Shown here: in pieces, positions 51,566 through 64,000 of the stretch
How positions within the stretch are numbered: the stretch's first letter is position 1
How the letters are laid out: the number at the start of each line of letters is the position of its first letter
Source of the DNA: Tubiluchus corallicola
Lineage: Eukaryota; Animalia; Priapulida
Reading direction: 5' to 3'
Assembly: GCA_030141605.1 (NCBI GenBank)
Contig: JAQGDQ010000587.1
Location: 62,001-126,000, forward strand
Length of the DNA stretch: 64,000 nucleotides
Notes under the pieces: generated by a model
What the model was told of the DNA's origin: nothing
The model's input: only the letters and a program-made list of their open reading frames with translations
The model's database searches: none
Translations under genes and position numbers: made by a program

Positions 51566-52699
51566 AAAACAAAAATCTACACACAAAGGCAATGAAAGGC
51601 ATAAACGAAAGCAAAGATAATCTGTAAGAGATAATCTGATTGAACGAATCTGAGGACAATTTAAAACCTAAATTAATTAAGCTAACTTAATTATATTCTC
51701 CCCAGAATCTCCGCACACGAGAATATTCACTCCTTTCACGTATCCGACTTTACCTTCGTCCTTCGCCATTATCACCCTTTCCCGAAATTCCTGTTTAACT
51801 TCCTCTTCCGCCCACGCGGTGCCCGGCCAGGTTAATTTTTTGGCAACGAACCAAGCACCTCCACCAAACTTCAAGGTCCTTCCTGCATTCCAGTCAAGAT
51901 TAGAGGAGAATCCACTCACGACTAACAATAATTGCATTACCCACTGACGCATATAGTGAAATGCAAAGACCTTTGTATTACAATAGTATATTTCAGGACG
52001 GACACTTAATCACCACCACATTGGGTATATATTCATTGTAATAATATCATAATGAGGCGTTTAATGCTTTTGAATCGATGCCTGACACACCTGCATGGTT
52101 ATATAGGCGTTACGTAACCCAGGTGAGCTCAATTCGTGATTATTCAAAACTGCTGATTCATTGATTTTTCTCTAAATCTCAAATGACAGCCATTGTGTTA
52201 CGAGTGATGCAACTGAGTGTTTGCATCGTGACGAAGTTTGAAAGCAACTAAGTTTTTTATCAGGAAGCGTGAATTCTTTCTACTCTGTCACTGACCTTGA
52301 ACGTAGCTCTAGGTTTCTAGAACGTTCTGTTATCTTCCACTAGAGGCCCAAACGAATCTCTCCGAATTAAGGGTTATGATTATTGCTTGGATTAAGCCCG
52401 GCCAAGTGAAATATGGACCATTTAATGAAGAGAAGCCCATTAATTAGGATTTGGAACATGGTAGTTGACAGAAAATAAGTGAATACAATACTTATTCTAA
52501 TTCAGCGGGTCCACGCAGTTTGCAATTGGTTAGAAATTTCATTCAAATTAGCAACAACAACAACAAATCACAATTAATGAAATCTATTTAATACAGAGAC
52601 GTTCGTTGGTTAGGAGCTGCAATTTGGTAAAAGTTTACAGAAAATCAAAGTTAACCAAATCTGTCTTACTGCAGACAGGTCGAAAACAGAGTAACCAGA

Positions 52700-53150
52700 C
52701 TAAAGAAAAAAATCATTAGCAGTCAGTTGAATCGAGACATGAATAAATTTTATGTCATAATTAACGTTCTGACATCAACTTGTTTTGACATCAAACTAAG
52801 ATGTTATCAACATAGATTTTATGACAGAATCTGCAAAAATGAAAGCATATTTACCTCATAGAATAGAATATTAAAATTGAAAATGGATCAATTTCATAGC
52901 AATAATGAAATTGTGAAGGGAAAAAACGAGCACTTCTATGGTAAGCATTTATTTATGTCGTTCAAAATTTCATAATTATTATAAAATTTATGCATTCACA
53001 ATTTTCTTATTTCATTCTATAATGTAAATGTATTTTCATTCTTACAGATGCTCTTATAATTTCTACGCATCTTGCTTTGATTTTGAAACGTCTGTTATGA
53101 AATAAATCATGTCTCTATTCAAATGGGTAATTAGTGATTCTTTTCTTGTG
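52700..53150. mobile_element. Degenerate long palindrome (foldback MITE)
   Basis: Nested arm pairs: TTGAATCGAGACATGA / TCATGTCTCTATTCAA; ATCTGCAAAAATGAAAGCATATTTAC / GTAAATGTATTTTCATTCTTACAGAT. Centre ~52940. Confidence 0.65.
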
Positions 53151-54007
53151 AAACGTCGCTTTCCCAGTCTAAATGTGTTTCCCAACCGGATCCATTTTAA
53201 TGGAAAGACGGCAATTGATTAAGACTTGCATTTATTATGAGAAAATCAAATCCATTTTAACATGTCTGTATGTAACATTATCTTCTTCTTACCACGTACA
53301 TGTACAGCATAGATGCAAGGTCAACTTACGTGTCAAAATTTTCTAAATTCTTTACATACCTCAGCCTTAACAGTTTTTTTCGACCGCATTATCAAAGTAT
53401 TGTAACAACTAAGCCTTTACAACTCATTAAACATGCAAGCTACCTGGTCAGCTCGCCTAGCGTGTATAAGTGACCACTTGAGCAAGAAAAGTGAACTTTA
53501 GAGGAGGAACCTCTCGTCAAGTAAAAGTGCAAATCCACCTAAGTGACTGAGAGATGAAAAGGAAGGAGAATGTAACAGCCGAACGAGCGAAAAATGGAGC
53601 AAAAAATGACAGTAAGTCCCTCTTAACCTCTCACTGGTGATGCTTCCTGCCGTTAGAATTGTCTGTTATTCTGTTAGATGGTCAAAGAAAGTTCTTTGTT
53701 GCATAAAAAATCGATAACTTTTACCACTTTCCGCGTTTTTTGTTCATCTGCTCAAAACTTTTTACCCACAATTGGTTAGTTAGTTAGTCATTTATACTGG
53801 TACACTGGTAGTACTAGTAATAACTGAGTATAGCAAATATGTTAGCAGAAAGTAACATATTCCACAGGTAAGAGGTCGGGGGAAAATGGTTTATAGGCAG
53901 ACTGAGGGCCTGAAATTTCTTGCACTGTTTTATAGTGTGCACTCTATCTTTGTTTGCAAACTATAGGTAACAGAAACAAACCAATTAAGTCACTGTTGTT
54001 GTTGCTT

Positions 54008-54044
<37 letters not shown>

Positions 54045-55753
54045 TCTTATAATAATGTTACACCACATGCAAATTGTTTTTGCACGTTTGCTTTTGAACC
54101 AGTGCACCACTGATTACCATTACATGCATCATTTAAGTTACAGTGACCTGACCGGCGTATGGTTTGTTCACCAGTCCGTCTCTCTACATTCATTACTAAA
54201 TTCACAGCTGTATGTAAAAACGTACTAAGTTTAAATGAGAAAAAGTACTGTGAACTGTGAACTGCAACTGAAATCAGACAACCGAATCGATACATTTCTA
54301 ATCTATGCTGCAAACTGGCCCAATTGTTTCTGAGAAAAATCACTCTTCTGTAAAAATTTGGTGCGCCCAGATTTCAGAGATCTCCTCTATACTTCACGAT
54401 GCCCCGCATTTTACAACAATTGTTATAAAATTGTCGCTTACTTCCAGGTAAAGACTGCGGCTGTGTGAAAAAGGGCGAATTCAAAAAGGGACTGAGAAGG
54501 TATCTGCTGTTACCACCCTGAAGATCTGTCCCAAATACAAAACAACAACAAAAGTTACTTTCACAATAATCACTTAGGTACAAAAAACGTCGCTGCGAAC
54601 TGAAAAAGCTCCCTCTTTGACAACATTCAAACTTCAACTGATTTTTGTCTACCTTCTCTGAGCTGGATCCAACCTCTGCGCGAACATGTTTTATGCCCTT
54701 GTTTTACAACCGTTTAAAGGCTGAATTAGAGCTTTTTTACCTACAACTAAAGAGTTGAACTTCATTTGCGCCTGTAGTTTATAATTAGAACATTATCCAC
54801 ATCATTCAGCCCCCAGAAAATAGCAATTATGAGTTTAGTTTGTGGGTAGATTCACAATTATTTATTTAATTGTCTGTTTACTTACTTATTTATTTATTTA
54901 TTTGCTTGCTTGTTTATTTTTTATTTATTTACTTATATATACAGTATATGTGTAAGTATAATTGTTTATTTGTTTATTTATTTACTCATTTATTTATTTA
55001 GATACATTTTTTAAACTCACGTTTTATTGATTTTTTAAACCGTCAATTATTGATTTTTTTTTAATCTAACATTTATTACGTATATAAGTTATAACAAAAT
55101 TTCATAATATTATATAATGAAATGTAGGGCCTAATATAATAAACAGATATATCATAACAGATATATCATCAAATTTAATGTTACATCACATGTAATATAA
55201 TAGAGTAATTAGCACCGTTTACATCGTTACATCATCATCATCAGCAGCAGCAGCAGCAGCAACAACAACAACAACAACATACACGGCTTCTAGTTTTCCC
55301 CTTTCGAACCCTAAACAAAGTTTGTAAAGCATTATTGTAAAACACCCTCTTTTCATCAACAAATCTGAAACACCTGTCTTTATTTTGCTTTTATAAAAAA
55401 GAGTCTTGAAGCCATAGTTTAGCCAGGTGCTCTAGAGGCCTTCTTGGTTAGCTACTTAGTTACAATTAGTTGGTCTCGAGCTTGTGTTTTGCTCAGTTTC
55501 CATAGTAACGTAACTGTTAATGAGACAACTTGTAGGAGTCTGCCTAGCAAAACAGTGAGAGGTTTCTGCATTTTCAACTGCCAAAGCGATAAAATAACTG
55601 AGTGGTGACGGTGTTTGCGTAGCTATGAAAATTAAGTAGCGATCAGCAAGTGCCACGCGGATGGATGATTTTTTGTCTGTTTTCATTTTAAATCTCCCGC
55701 AATACTGTTCCGACCGCGCCATTACGTGACGTCATATACGCAAAACGTAAATC

Positions 55754-56204
55754 AGGGGAAGAAAAGGAAATGTTAAATTATGTCCCATTAAGCTTTCCAT
55801 GCAAAGTTATACGACGTAGCATTTCACTTACCTGCTTGAAAGATTTATGTAACTAGAAAAGAAAATTATTAATTATTTAAAGTACTTTCACCAATTGGTA
55901 AAATGTCGCTTACTCACCTCAAAGTTGCACGGTACAATAGATATTGACAAGATACAGTAATTTAAAAAGTTTTCTTAGTTAGCGACATCTGCGCTACAAA
56001 AGCTCTGATTATTTTTTTAAACTTTACTCAGTGTTATCTAAACTTGTTTCAAGCGACCTAATCGTCAAAATGGCTGCGTCAACGTTTAAATTTACACGTT
56101 TTAAACAGCGTTGCGGCCGATGCATGGCAAAAGGCCGTAACTAAATGGTATAAAATTTCAAGACGATTTTTAAGCTTTATGTAAGTGGAGGGTTTTCCTG
56201 TGCT
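55754..56204 (-). mobile_element. Family D copy (reverse)
   Basis: AGGGGAAGAAAAGG ... GGGTTTTCCTGTGCT|TTAA. Confidence 0.7.
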
Positions 56205-57039
56205 TTAACGTGACGTCATTTCCCTTGTCTGTCATTACACTTCATACACACTGCATTTAGCTACATTACAAGTTGTGTTAATTTTCCCTAACCTTGGCAT
56301 TAATTAACTTGTATGCAACCAGAAATGCCAACGTTACTCGGTATACATCAAGAGCAGGTAACTTGGTTTATTTTATCGACGAACATCACAAAACAATATA
56401 CAATACAATGTACATGTAAAAATCATTATCATTATCATTATGGTATTTGCATTGTTTGAGGCCTTCATACAAAAAAGCCTAGCAGCCAACAGAAAAATGC
56501 ACTCCATAAAAGAGTACTTTCAATATTTTCAAGTCTCATCCTCGGCAATCTTGACTCTGTGTCTGTCTGATCCCTCGGCAAGAGAGGCAATTTTGTCTCC
56601 GCCTGTCTTATCCCTCGCCAAACGCGGCGATCTTGTCTCTGTTTCTGCATCTTTTCTTGACAAAGCTTGATCAGTTTTGTCATTCCGGTCGCGTAAAGCG
56701 AACAAAGGATTTAGCGAATAAACTTGTATTTTACTTGACAAGCCCAGATTTCTCCAAGGATTTAGAAGAGAAGGTTCTGCGGAAAAGAGGCACTTGAGCG
56801 TCAGGCTAATCGAATCCTGAATTCTTGATCCTGTCGAGAAACTTGTCTGCTAAAAAAACTTGCACGGTCACGCCAAAAACCGCCACTGACACGCCAAAAT
56901 CCGCCAAAATAACAGACAACCAGAGAATTTAACAATTGCTAACATAGTCAATTCATACTCACTTTTTTATTCTGATCGTGTCAATGAAGACCAATGGCCA
57001 TTCGACCTGACAGACTATAGTAATTAAGTAAATATATGA

Positions 57040-57526
57040 ATGCAGGTCTAGAAAAATAAAAATTTCATAACTCTTTTGCCAGTGATACAAGATTTTATAA
57101 ATCTTATTACCAATGCATACTGTCTTGTTGCATACAGGGCTTGTGTTAGCAGTAACGCTGTGTAAAACTTGTAAACGTAAACTCCCGCGAAGACCGTTAT
57201 GCGCAGCCATTTTAGCGGTAAGTCGTTTAAAACAAGTTTAGATAACTTTGTGTAAAGCTTGAAAAAAGTCAGAGAATTCGTAACGCACTCTTCGCTAACT
57301 AAGCAAACTACTTTACATTGTCAATTAGATCAATGATGTGTTTTTGGTGAATCAGTGGTGCACAATGGGATAGCGAAACAGTGACATTTTACCAGGCGAC
57401 GTAGAAATCGAGAATTTTCTTTTTCTTTTACATAAATCTTTCAAGCAGGTAAGCGTGATTCTAAGTAATATAACTTTGTATGGAAAGTTCTTTGGGATAT
57501 GCTTAAAAATTCCCTTTTCTTTCCCT
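57040..57526 (+). mobile_element. Family D copy
   Basis: Family D core; ends CCCTTTTCTTTCCCT|TTAA. Confidence 0.75.
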
Positions 57527-58387
57527 TTAAGTTCTGGATAAAATAATTCGCGTTGCATAGAGTTAATAGGAATTAATTTTCTGCAAGAAAATACCACATA
57601 TAAGAAGCCCGAAAAAAACTGACTGGAACTGGAACCAGAAATTCTTTTAAGTAACAAAAGCGCACTCTTTTCGAAAACCTTTCAGGTAATAACATTATAA
57701 TATTATTTTATTTTTTCCCTTAATTAAAAATGTACAATATGAAGCCAAGTGACACGAATGCGTAACCATGGAAACAGCCTGAAGCTATTGTCGAAGCAGC
57801 TCACTTGAAAGGCTCTAAATGACCTACTTAATGATAATAAAAACGTTAATCATCATTTTGACTTTGCGAGAAAGTAAAAAAAAAACAGCGCCATCAAGCG
57901 ACAAAAAACGCAGTGTGTTTACGACACAATGAAATCTCACAAAACATCCAGAAGCTCGGAATTACGACTCTTGTATGAATATAAAATTCAATAAATCAAC
58001 CAAAAATGGAATATGAGTCATTTTTCAGTGCCTTGGCAGGGAAATTGAATCTTAATTCCATTGGGCACAATATTACATGCTCTCAAACTCGCAGAGTGGA
58101 AACAAATTAAATGACGTGTGACGTCATAAATGCGCAAATTGAAATTTTTCTTCGTAATATAAGCAATAAGGCGTGTGCGCATGCGCACAGTATTCAACAG
58201 TTGGAGATTTTATCAGCCTATAATAGTTTGCTGATACAATAAAAGCCATTTCAAAGGCTATTATGTCAACATTACTTAGTAGGCCCACTGTCCTGCAGTT
58301 TACAACTGGAGGTACCGTTGACTTGTGAAAGCATGCGGCAAACAATAGTCCTGCAGTTAGCTTACAGTATGAACATTGAATCATGCA

Positions 58388-60213
58388 TCCAGGGGTATGA
58401 TTTTGTTCACCTCTTTATGCCAAGACTCCCTTCTCTCTTCAATGGAAAAAGTGCTTCCATCAGGGACATGATTTTGTTCACCTCTTTATGCCAAGACTCC
58501 CTTCTCTCTTCAATGGAAAAAGTGCTTTCATCAGGGACATGATTTTGTTCACCTCTTTATGCCAAGACTCCCTTCTCTCTTCAATGGGAAAAGTGCTTCC
58601 ATCAGGGACATGATTTTGTTCACCTCTTTATGCCAAGACTCCCTTCTCTCTTCAATGGAAAAAGTGCTTCCATCAGGGACATGATTTTGTTCACCTCTTT
58701 ATGCCAAGACTCCCTTCTCTCTTCAATGGAAAAAGTGCTTCCATCAGGGACATGATTTTGTTCACCTCTTTATGCAAAGACTCCCTTCTCTTCAATGGAA
58801 AAAGTGCTTCCATCAGGGACATGATTTTGTTCACCTCTTTATGCAAAGACTCCCTTCTGTTCAATGGAAAAAGTGCTTCCATCAGGGACATGATTTTGTT
58901 CACCTCTTTATGCAAAGACTCCCTTCTCTCTTCAATAGAAGAAGCGCTTCCATCAGGGACATGATTTTGTTCAACTCTTTATGCAAAGACTCCCTTCTCT
59001 CTTCAATGGAAAAAGTGCTTCCATCAGGGACATGATTTTGTTCACCTCTTTATGCCAAGACTCCCTTCTCTCTTCAATGGAAAAAGTGCTTCCATCAGGG
59101 ACATGATTTTGTTCACCTCTTTATGCCAAGACTCCCTTCTCTCTTCAATGGAAAAAGTGCTTCCATCAGGGACATGATTTTGTTCAACTCTTTATGCAAA
59201 GACTCCCTTCTCTCTTCAATGGAAAAAGTGCTTCCATCAGGGACATGATTTTGTTCACCTCTTTATGCCAAGACGCCCTTCTCTCTTCAATGGAAAAAGT
59301 GCTTCCATCAGGGACATGATTCTGTTCAACTCTTTATGCCAAGACTCCCTTCTCTCTTCAGTGGAAAAAGTGCTTCCATCAGGGACATGATTTTGTTCAC
59401 CTCTTTATGCCAAGACTCCCTTCTCTCTTCAATGGAAAAAGTGCTTCCATCAGGGACATGATTTTGTTCACCTCTTTATGCAAAGACTCCCTTCTCTCTT
59501 CAGTGGAAAAAGTGCTTCCATCAGGGACATGATTTTGTTCACCTCTTTATGCAAAGACTCCCTTCTGTTCAATGGAAAAAGTGCTTCCATCAGGGACATG
59601 ATTTTGTTCACCTCTTTATGCAAAAACTCCCTTCTCTCTTCAATAGAAGAAGCGCTTCCATCAGGGACATGATTTTGTTCAACTCTTTATGCAAAGACTC
59701 CCTTCTCTTCAATGGAAAAAGTGCTTCCATCAGGGACATGATTTTGTTCACCTCTTTATGCAAAGACTCCCTTCTCTTCAATGGAAAAAGTGCTTCCATC
59801 AGGGACATGATTTTGTTCACCTCTTTATGCAAAGACTCCCTTCTCTCTTCAATGGAAAAAGTGCTTCCATCAGGGACATGATTTTGTTCAACTCTTTATG
59901 CAAAGACTCCCTTCTCTCTTCAATGGAAAAAGTGCTTCCATCAGGGACATGATTTTGTTCACCTCTTTATGCCAAGACGCCCTTCTCTCTTCAATGGAAA
60001 AAGTGCTTCCATCAGGGACATGATTCTGTTCAACTCTTTATGCCAAGACTCCCTTCTCTCTTCAGTGGAAAAAGTGCTTCCATCAGGGACATGATTCTGT
60101 TCAACTCTTTATGCCAAGACTCCCTTCTCTCTTCAATACAAGAAGCGCTTCCATCAGGGACATGATTCTGTTCAACTCTTTATGCCAAGACTCCCTTCTC
60201 TCTTCAATGGACA
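58388..60213. repeat. Satellite array, ~26 x 71/69 bp
   Basis: CATGATTTTGTTCACCTCTTTATGCCAAGACTCCCTTCTC(TC)TTCAATGGAAAAAGTGCTTCCATCAGGGA. Confidence 0.97.
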
Positions 60214-60505
60214 AAGTACTGAAGTGCTGAAGTGTTTAAATCTTTCTGGGTAAAATCTAAATATGTCAACATTTGCCTTCCTGCAGGTTTCCTGGCTTGT
60301 TGAAGAGCTATCTTCACTGGATTATCATCAGGTAGTCTAAGCATATGGCCAATCCATCTTAAACGGCATCTTTTTATTTTCTTGTTTAAGGTTCGTCTTT
60401 TACGTTTTCATATATACTTTTTCATCTTTATTTGAGATTTTCTTTGGCCATCTGATATTCACAATGTTTCTGTACTTTCGTGCCTTTGAAACACGTCAGC
60501 ATATT
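60214..60505 (-). mobile_element. Degenerate RTE-clade LINE ORF C-terminus
   Basis: Minus strand, with frameshifts: DVFQR..YRNIVNIRWPKKISNKD..RCRLRWIGHMLRLPDDNPVKIALQQARKPAGRQMLTYLDFTQKDL. These are typical RTE motifs (I.W..ISN; RLRW.GH..R; GR..T..D..DL). Confidence 0.85.
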
Positions 60506-61387
60506 CAAAACTCACAAAATATTTTAATAACAGGAAAATATCTTTCTAGAAACAAAAGTTAGAATATTCCCAGTCCTAGGTGAAACTGTATTTTTGTATA
60601 ACTTTGAGCTGTGTACATTAAAACCAAATTATAAAGCCGAAATTGAAAGTAATAAACAAGTGCAGCACAGATCACGTAGCAATATGAGAAATCTATGAAT
60701 GCGTTCAATACTAACCGTTGCAGTAAGCTATTACTAACATGTCCAGGCATTGTGTGCTTATAATTGTTAAGCTTTCTAGGAAATAATTAAAATGCCAATG
60801 AGTAATATGTGCTAGAAACGTTTTCAGGAAACCTAGCAAGTGTTACCATTGTATATTCTGCTAAATTTGCTTTATTAATAAACACAGTTTAACTTTCGCT
60901 AATAACAAAAATGAAGCCTGTTTGATTAAACTGATAAACACTGTGTTAACTTGGCTTCATTACATCATAGATGCTGTTGTGAACGGGTTAAGTGAGCTGT
61001 CACAAAACGCTGTCACAAACTCGAAAGAGTCAATGACTGAACAAAACAATATTAAAACATCAAAAACAGAAGCAGCTTTCTTTTTCAAGTGATCACGCTT
61101 GGACGGTGTGAACAGTGTTGGGCGAAACAGTGCTGTGTGGAAAGACTTAACCCTCAACTTGACCAGTCAAAGAGCTGCTGAGAGTTGTCCAAGTGGAGCA
61201 TTTTCTAAGGAACAAAGGTGGCAAAGTTTTAAGCATTACCCTGTTTCTTACACGGTTCAGTGCACAGCAGGCCAGTCCAACAGTCAACGCAGTATAGTAT
61301 CAACTTATATGTTAACGATGGTGGCAGGAAGGTATCTAGCTTGTTACAAACTGCCCGGAAACTGCTTCCAGGTCATAAAAATGCTGT

Positions 61388-61715
61388 GTTAAGCAATCTC
61401 TAGATCTAACGCATTAGACCATTGTCAAAAGAAAGTTGCTGCTTCTACAAAAGTGAAACAAACTCAGTGAACGCTGATGTAGGACAAGAAGAAGCCAAAA
61501 TTGGAAAAGGAAATTCTTCTTTCTCGCTTCTCAGTTAAATATCACCTGCTGTTTTAAGCAATCTCTAGATCTAACGCATTAGACCATTGTCCAAAAGTAA
61601 CCTCTGCCTGTTGTTGTTTGTACAAAAGTGAAACAAACTCAATGAAGGATGTTGTACGACAAGAAGAGGACAAAATTGGAAAAGTAAACACTTCCTACTC
61701 GCCTCTCAATTAAAC
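61388..61715. repeat. Tandem duplication, 2 x ~165-175 bp
   Basis: TTAAGCAATCTCTAGATCTAACGCATTAGACCATTGTC at ~61389 and ~61554. Confidence 0.85.
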
Positions 61716-62039
61716 ACAAGCAACTAATAATCACCTCTAAGACGCCTCTTCTTCATGTCCTCTAAATTGCAAGGTAATTAGAGACTGAAGGAAAGCAATT
61801 AAGATGCTGTATCATCTGCCTGACATGAGTGGTAATTATGGGTAAACGTGGAGCAGACAGAATTTGACGCAAGGCAGCTGCGAGCTTTGACTAAATCGTG
61901 CTGCTCACTAATTGCTGTTGTCGCTTTCTGTTACGACCACGTGCTGTCTTACGAACGAACGAACGAACGAACAAGTAAACACCCGAACTTGTGAATACTT
62001 AAAAATAAAGAAATATAGAAACGAACAACCAAAGATTAA

Positions 62040-62656
62040 AGCAAGACAGGACCCAATCTTAAACTGTAGGTCAAAACAATCTACTATGTAAAATTTTGAA
62101 AGGAAACACTATTTTTCAAAAATGACTTACGTGAAAGAATTATTACCACACAAACACAATTTCACGTTCGTGCCACTAGTTCTTCGCTGTTACATGCATT
62201 TTGGCATTCGATAGTTAGACGAGCACTAGCGCTTGCATTTCGGAAACGCATTGCACGAAAAACAGGTGCTGTACCGCTCAGTTCAGATGTGTTAGTTTGT
62301 GACGAACTACACACGATCGACAGCTCATACGAGAGCACAACGGTAAATTTGAAATTTGAATTTTTATCTTAAAACTTGCCTAGTTTGAGTACAACACACT
62401 GAACATCTTACAATAGCACTGTACTTCAATTTTCGCTTTCGTAAACACGTGCAACACGCTCGTGGAATATTTTTGCTATTGAAAATAGTGTTAATTTGTG
62501 ACGTCATCAACAGTTGGACTCGCCCCTCCGTAAATTAAGATTTCAATCTGTTATTTAATTATCAGAAACGCTTTTCCAGTATTAATTGTGTTAAAATGTG
62601 TACTTTTTATTGGACTTGAAAATGGGTTAGTATGTGAAAAATCATCCTGTCTTCCT
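62040..62656 (+). mobile_element. Kolobok-like family A, full length, best-preserved TIRs
   Basis: TTAA|AGCAAGACAGGA ... TCCTGTCTTCCT|CTAA (11/12 TIR match). Confidence 0.9.
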
Positions 62657-63427
62657 CTAAATAATAATTACGTTAATTCCAGACTGCATTTAGCTAAAAT
62701 ACTTTTGTAGTACAAAATAACGAATATAATGTACATAGTGTAATATTTACAAATCTCCTGTACAACACAGAAAGTTACTATGACAACAGCTATTCATCAC
62801 CTGCCTGCCGCCTCGCCGAATGTATCCAGGGAATAATTGCATTATAATAATTCCATTTCCCCATTTTCCCACGAAACCTAGAATAATGCAATGCTATCAC
62901 GACATAACAGAGATAAAGTGCATGCAATAATGTGTTTGCAGATCTAAATGGTGCGGGGGGGGGGTCTGAATAAGGCTTTGTAGCTAATGGGCCTGTAAAC
63001 TAAAAAGCCTATGACAGGTCTAATACCAAAGTGGTCACGATATGCGCTTAGATATACAAGTTACGCAACAGTAGGGCCTGCGTAGTAAACTGAAGGGGAG
63101 ATTTACGTGATACCGCTTGCCATACTGACCATAGCTGACCATACTGGCCATGTCTTTTTGAGGAGACGCAGCCAATCACCATGAAAATACTTCGCTAGAG
63201 AGAGATTGCCAAGTAACTAAATTGACGGAAATGCGACAGCCAGGTAAACAGGAAGGTGTAGTTACCTGTACCTGAAATATTTGCTATGGGGGCAGTAGTC
63301 AAATTTCCCTTCCCAGTCGCTTCCGCACCAGCCTTTATTGTTCTTATGACGAACTTTTACTCACGAAAAGTTAAAATTAGCAAACAAAACTGCATGTGTA
63401 GGTAGAATTCACGTTCCGAGTTGCTGA

Positions 63428-64000
63428 GTTGTAGAGCCTAAATTCTGAATTGTTGTACCGTAGAGCCTAAGTTTTAAATTGTTGTACTGTAGGGCCTAAA
63501 TTCTGAATTGTTGTACTGTAGAGCCTAAGTTTTAAATTGTTGTACTGTAGAGCCTAAATGCTAAATTGTTGTACCGTAGAGCCTAAATTCTAAATTGTTG
63601 TACTGTAGAGCCTAAATTCTAAATTGTTGTACCGTAGAGCCTAAATTCTAAATTGTTGTACTGTAGAGCCTAAGTTTTAAATTGTTGTACCGCAGGGCCT
63701 AGATTCTGAATTGTTGTACTGTAGAGCTTAAGTTTTAAATTGTTGTACTGTAAGGCCTAAATTCTGAATTGTTGTACCGTAGAGCCTAAGTTTTAAATTG
63801 TTGTACTGTAGAGCCTAAGTTTTAAATTGTTGTACTGTAGGGCCTAAATTCTGAATTGTTGTACTGTAGAGCCTAAGTTTTAAATTGTTGTACCGTAGAG
63901 CCTAAATTCTAAATTGTTGTACTGTAGAGCCTAAGTTTTAAATTGTTGTACCGTAGGGCCTAGATTCTGAATTGTTGTACTGTAGAGCTTAAGTTTTAAA
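63428..64000. repeat. 29-bp satellite array running off the window
   Basis: GTTGTACTGTAGAGCCTAA(GTTTTA/ATTCTG)AATT, ~20 copies with two frequently alternating variants. Confidence 0.97.

Noticed and set aside
51677-51952. 91-aa minus-strand ORF
   Set aside because: No recognisable motif; it overlaps a GC-rich promoter-like block that is naturally poor in stops.
60287-60331. Plus-strand 45-nt candidate exon (VSWLVEELSSLDYHQ)
   Set aside because: The donor is weak, and the sequence is fully explained as the antisense of the RTE fragment.

Overview
AT-rich, repeat-dense eukaryotic DNA, most likely intergenic or deep-intronic sequence from an invertebrate metazoan. No intact cellular gene is recognisable, and almost all ORFs in the supplied track are microsatellite or repeat artefacts. 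Supported content: (1) the 5' end of a minus-strand LTR retrotransposon at the left edge (gag-like ORF running off the window, tRNA-Phe primer-binding site, ~915-bp LTR); (2) many non-autonomous DNA transposons, including three TTAA/AG..CT Kolobok-like families, a piggyBac-type MITE, a foldback family, a hAT-like element and a TIR element filled with telomere-like repeats; (3) degenerate CR1 and RTE LINE 3' ends and a tRNA-derived SINE; (4) many tandem arrays (70, 44, 33, 34, 61, 71/69 and 29 bp) and long microsatellites. The most interesting observations are that at least three arrays are amplified pieces of LINE ORF C-termini still attached to the parent LINE, and that an orphan annexin last-exon fragment (SDTSGDYKKAL) with its splice acceptor sits inside a (GA)n tract. 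All family assignments come from motif recognition by eye, with no database searches.
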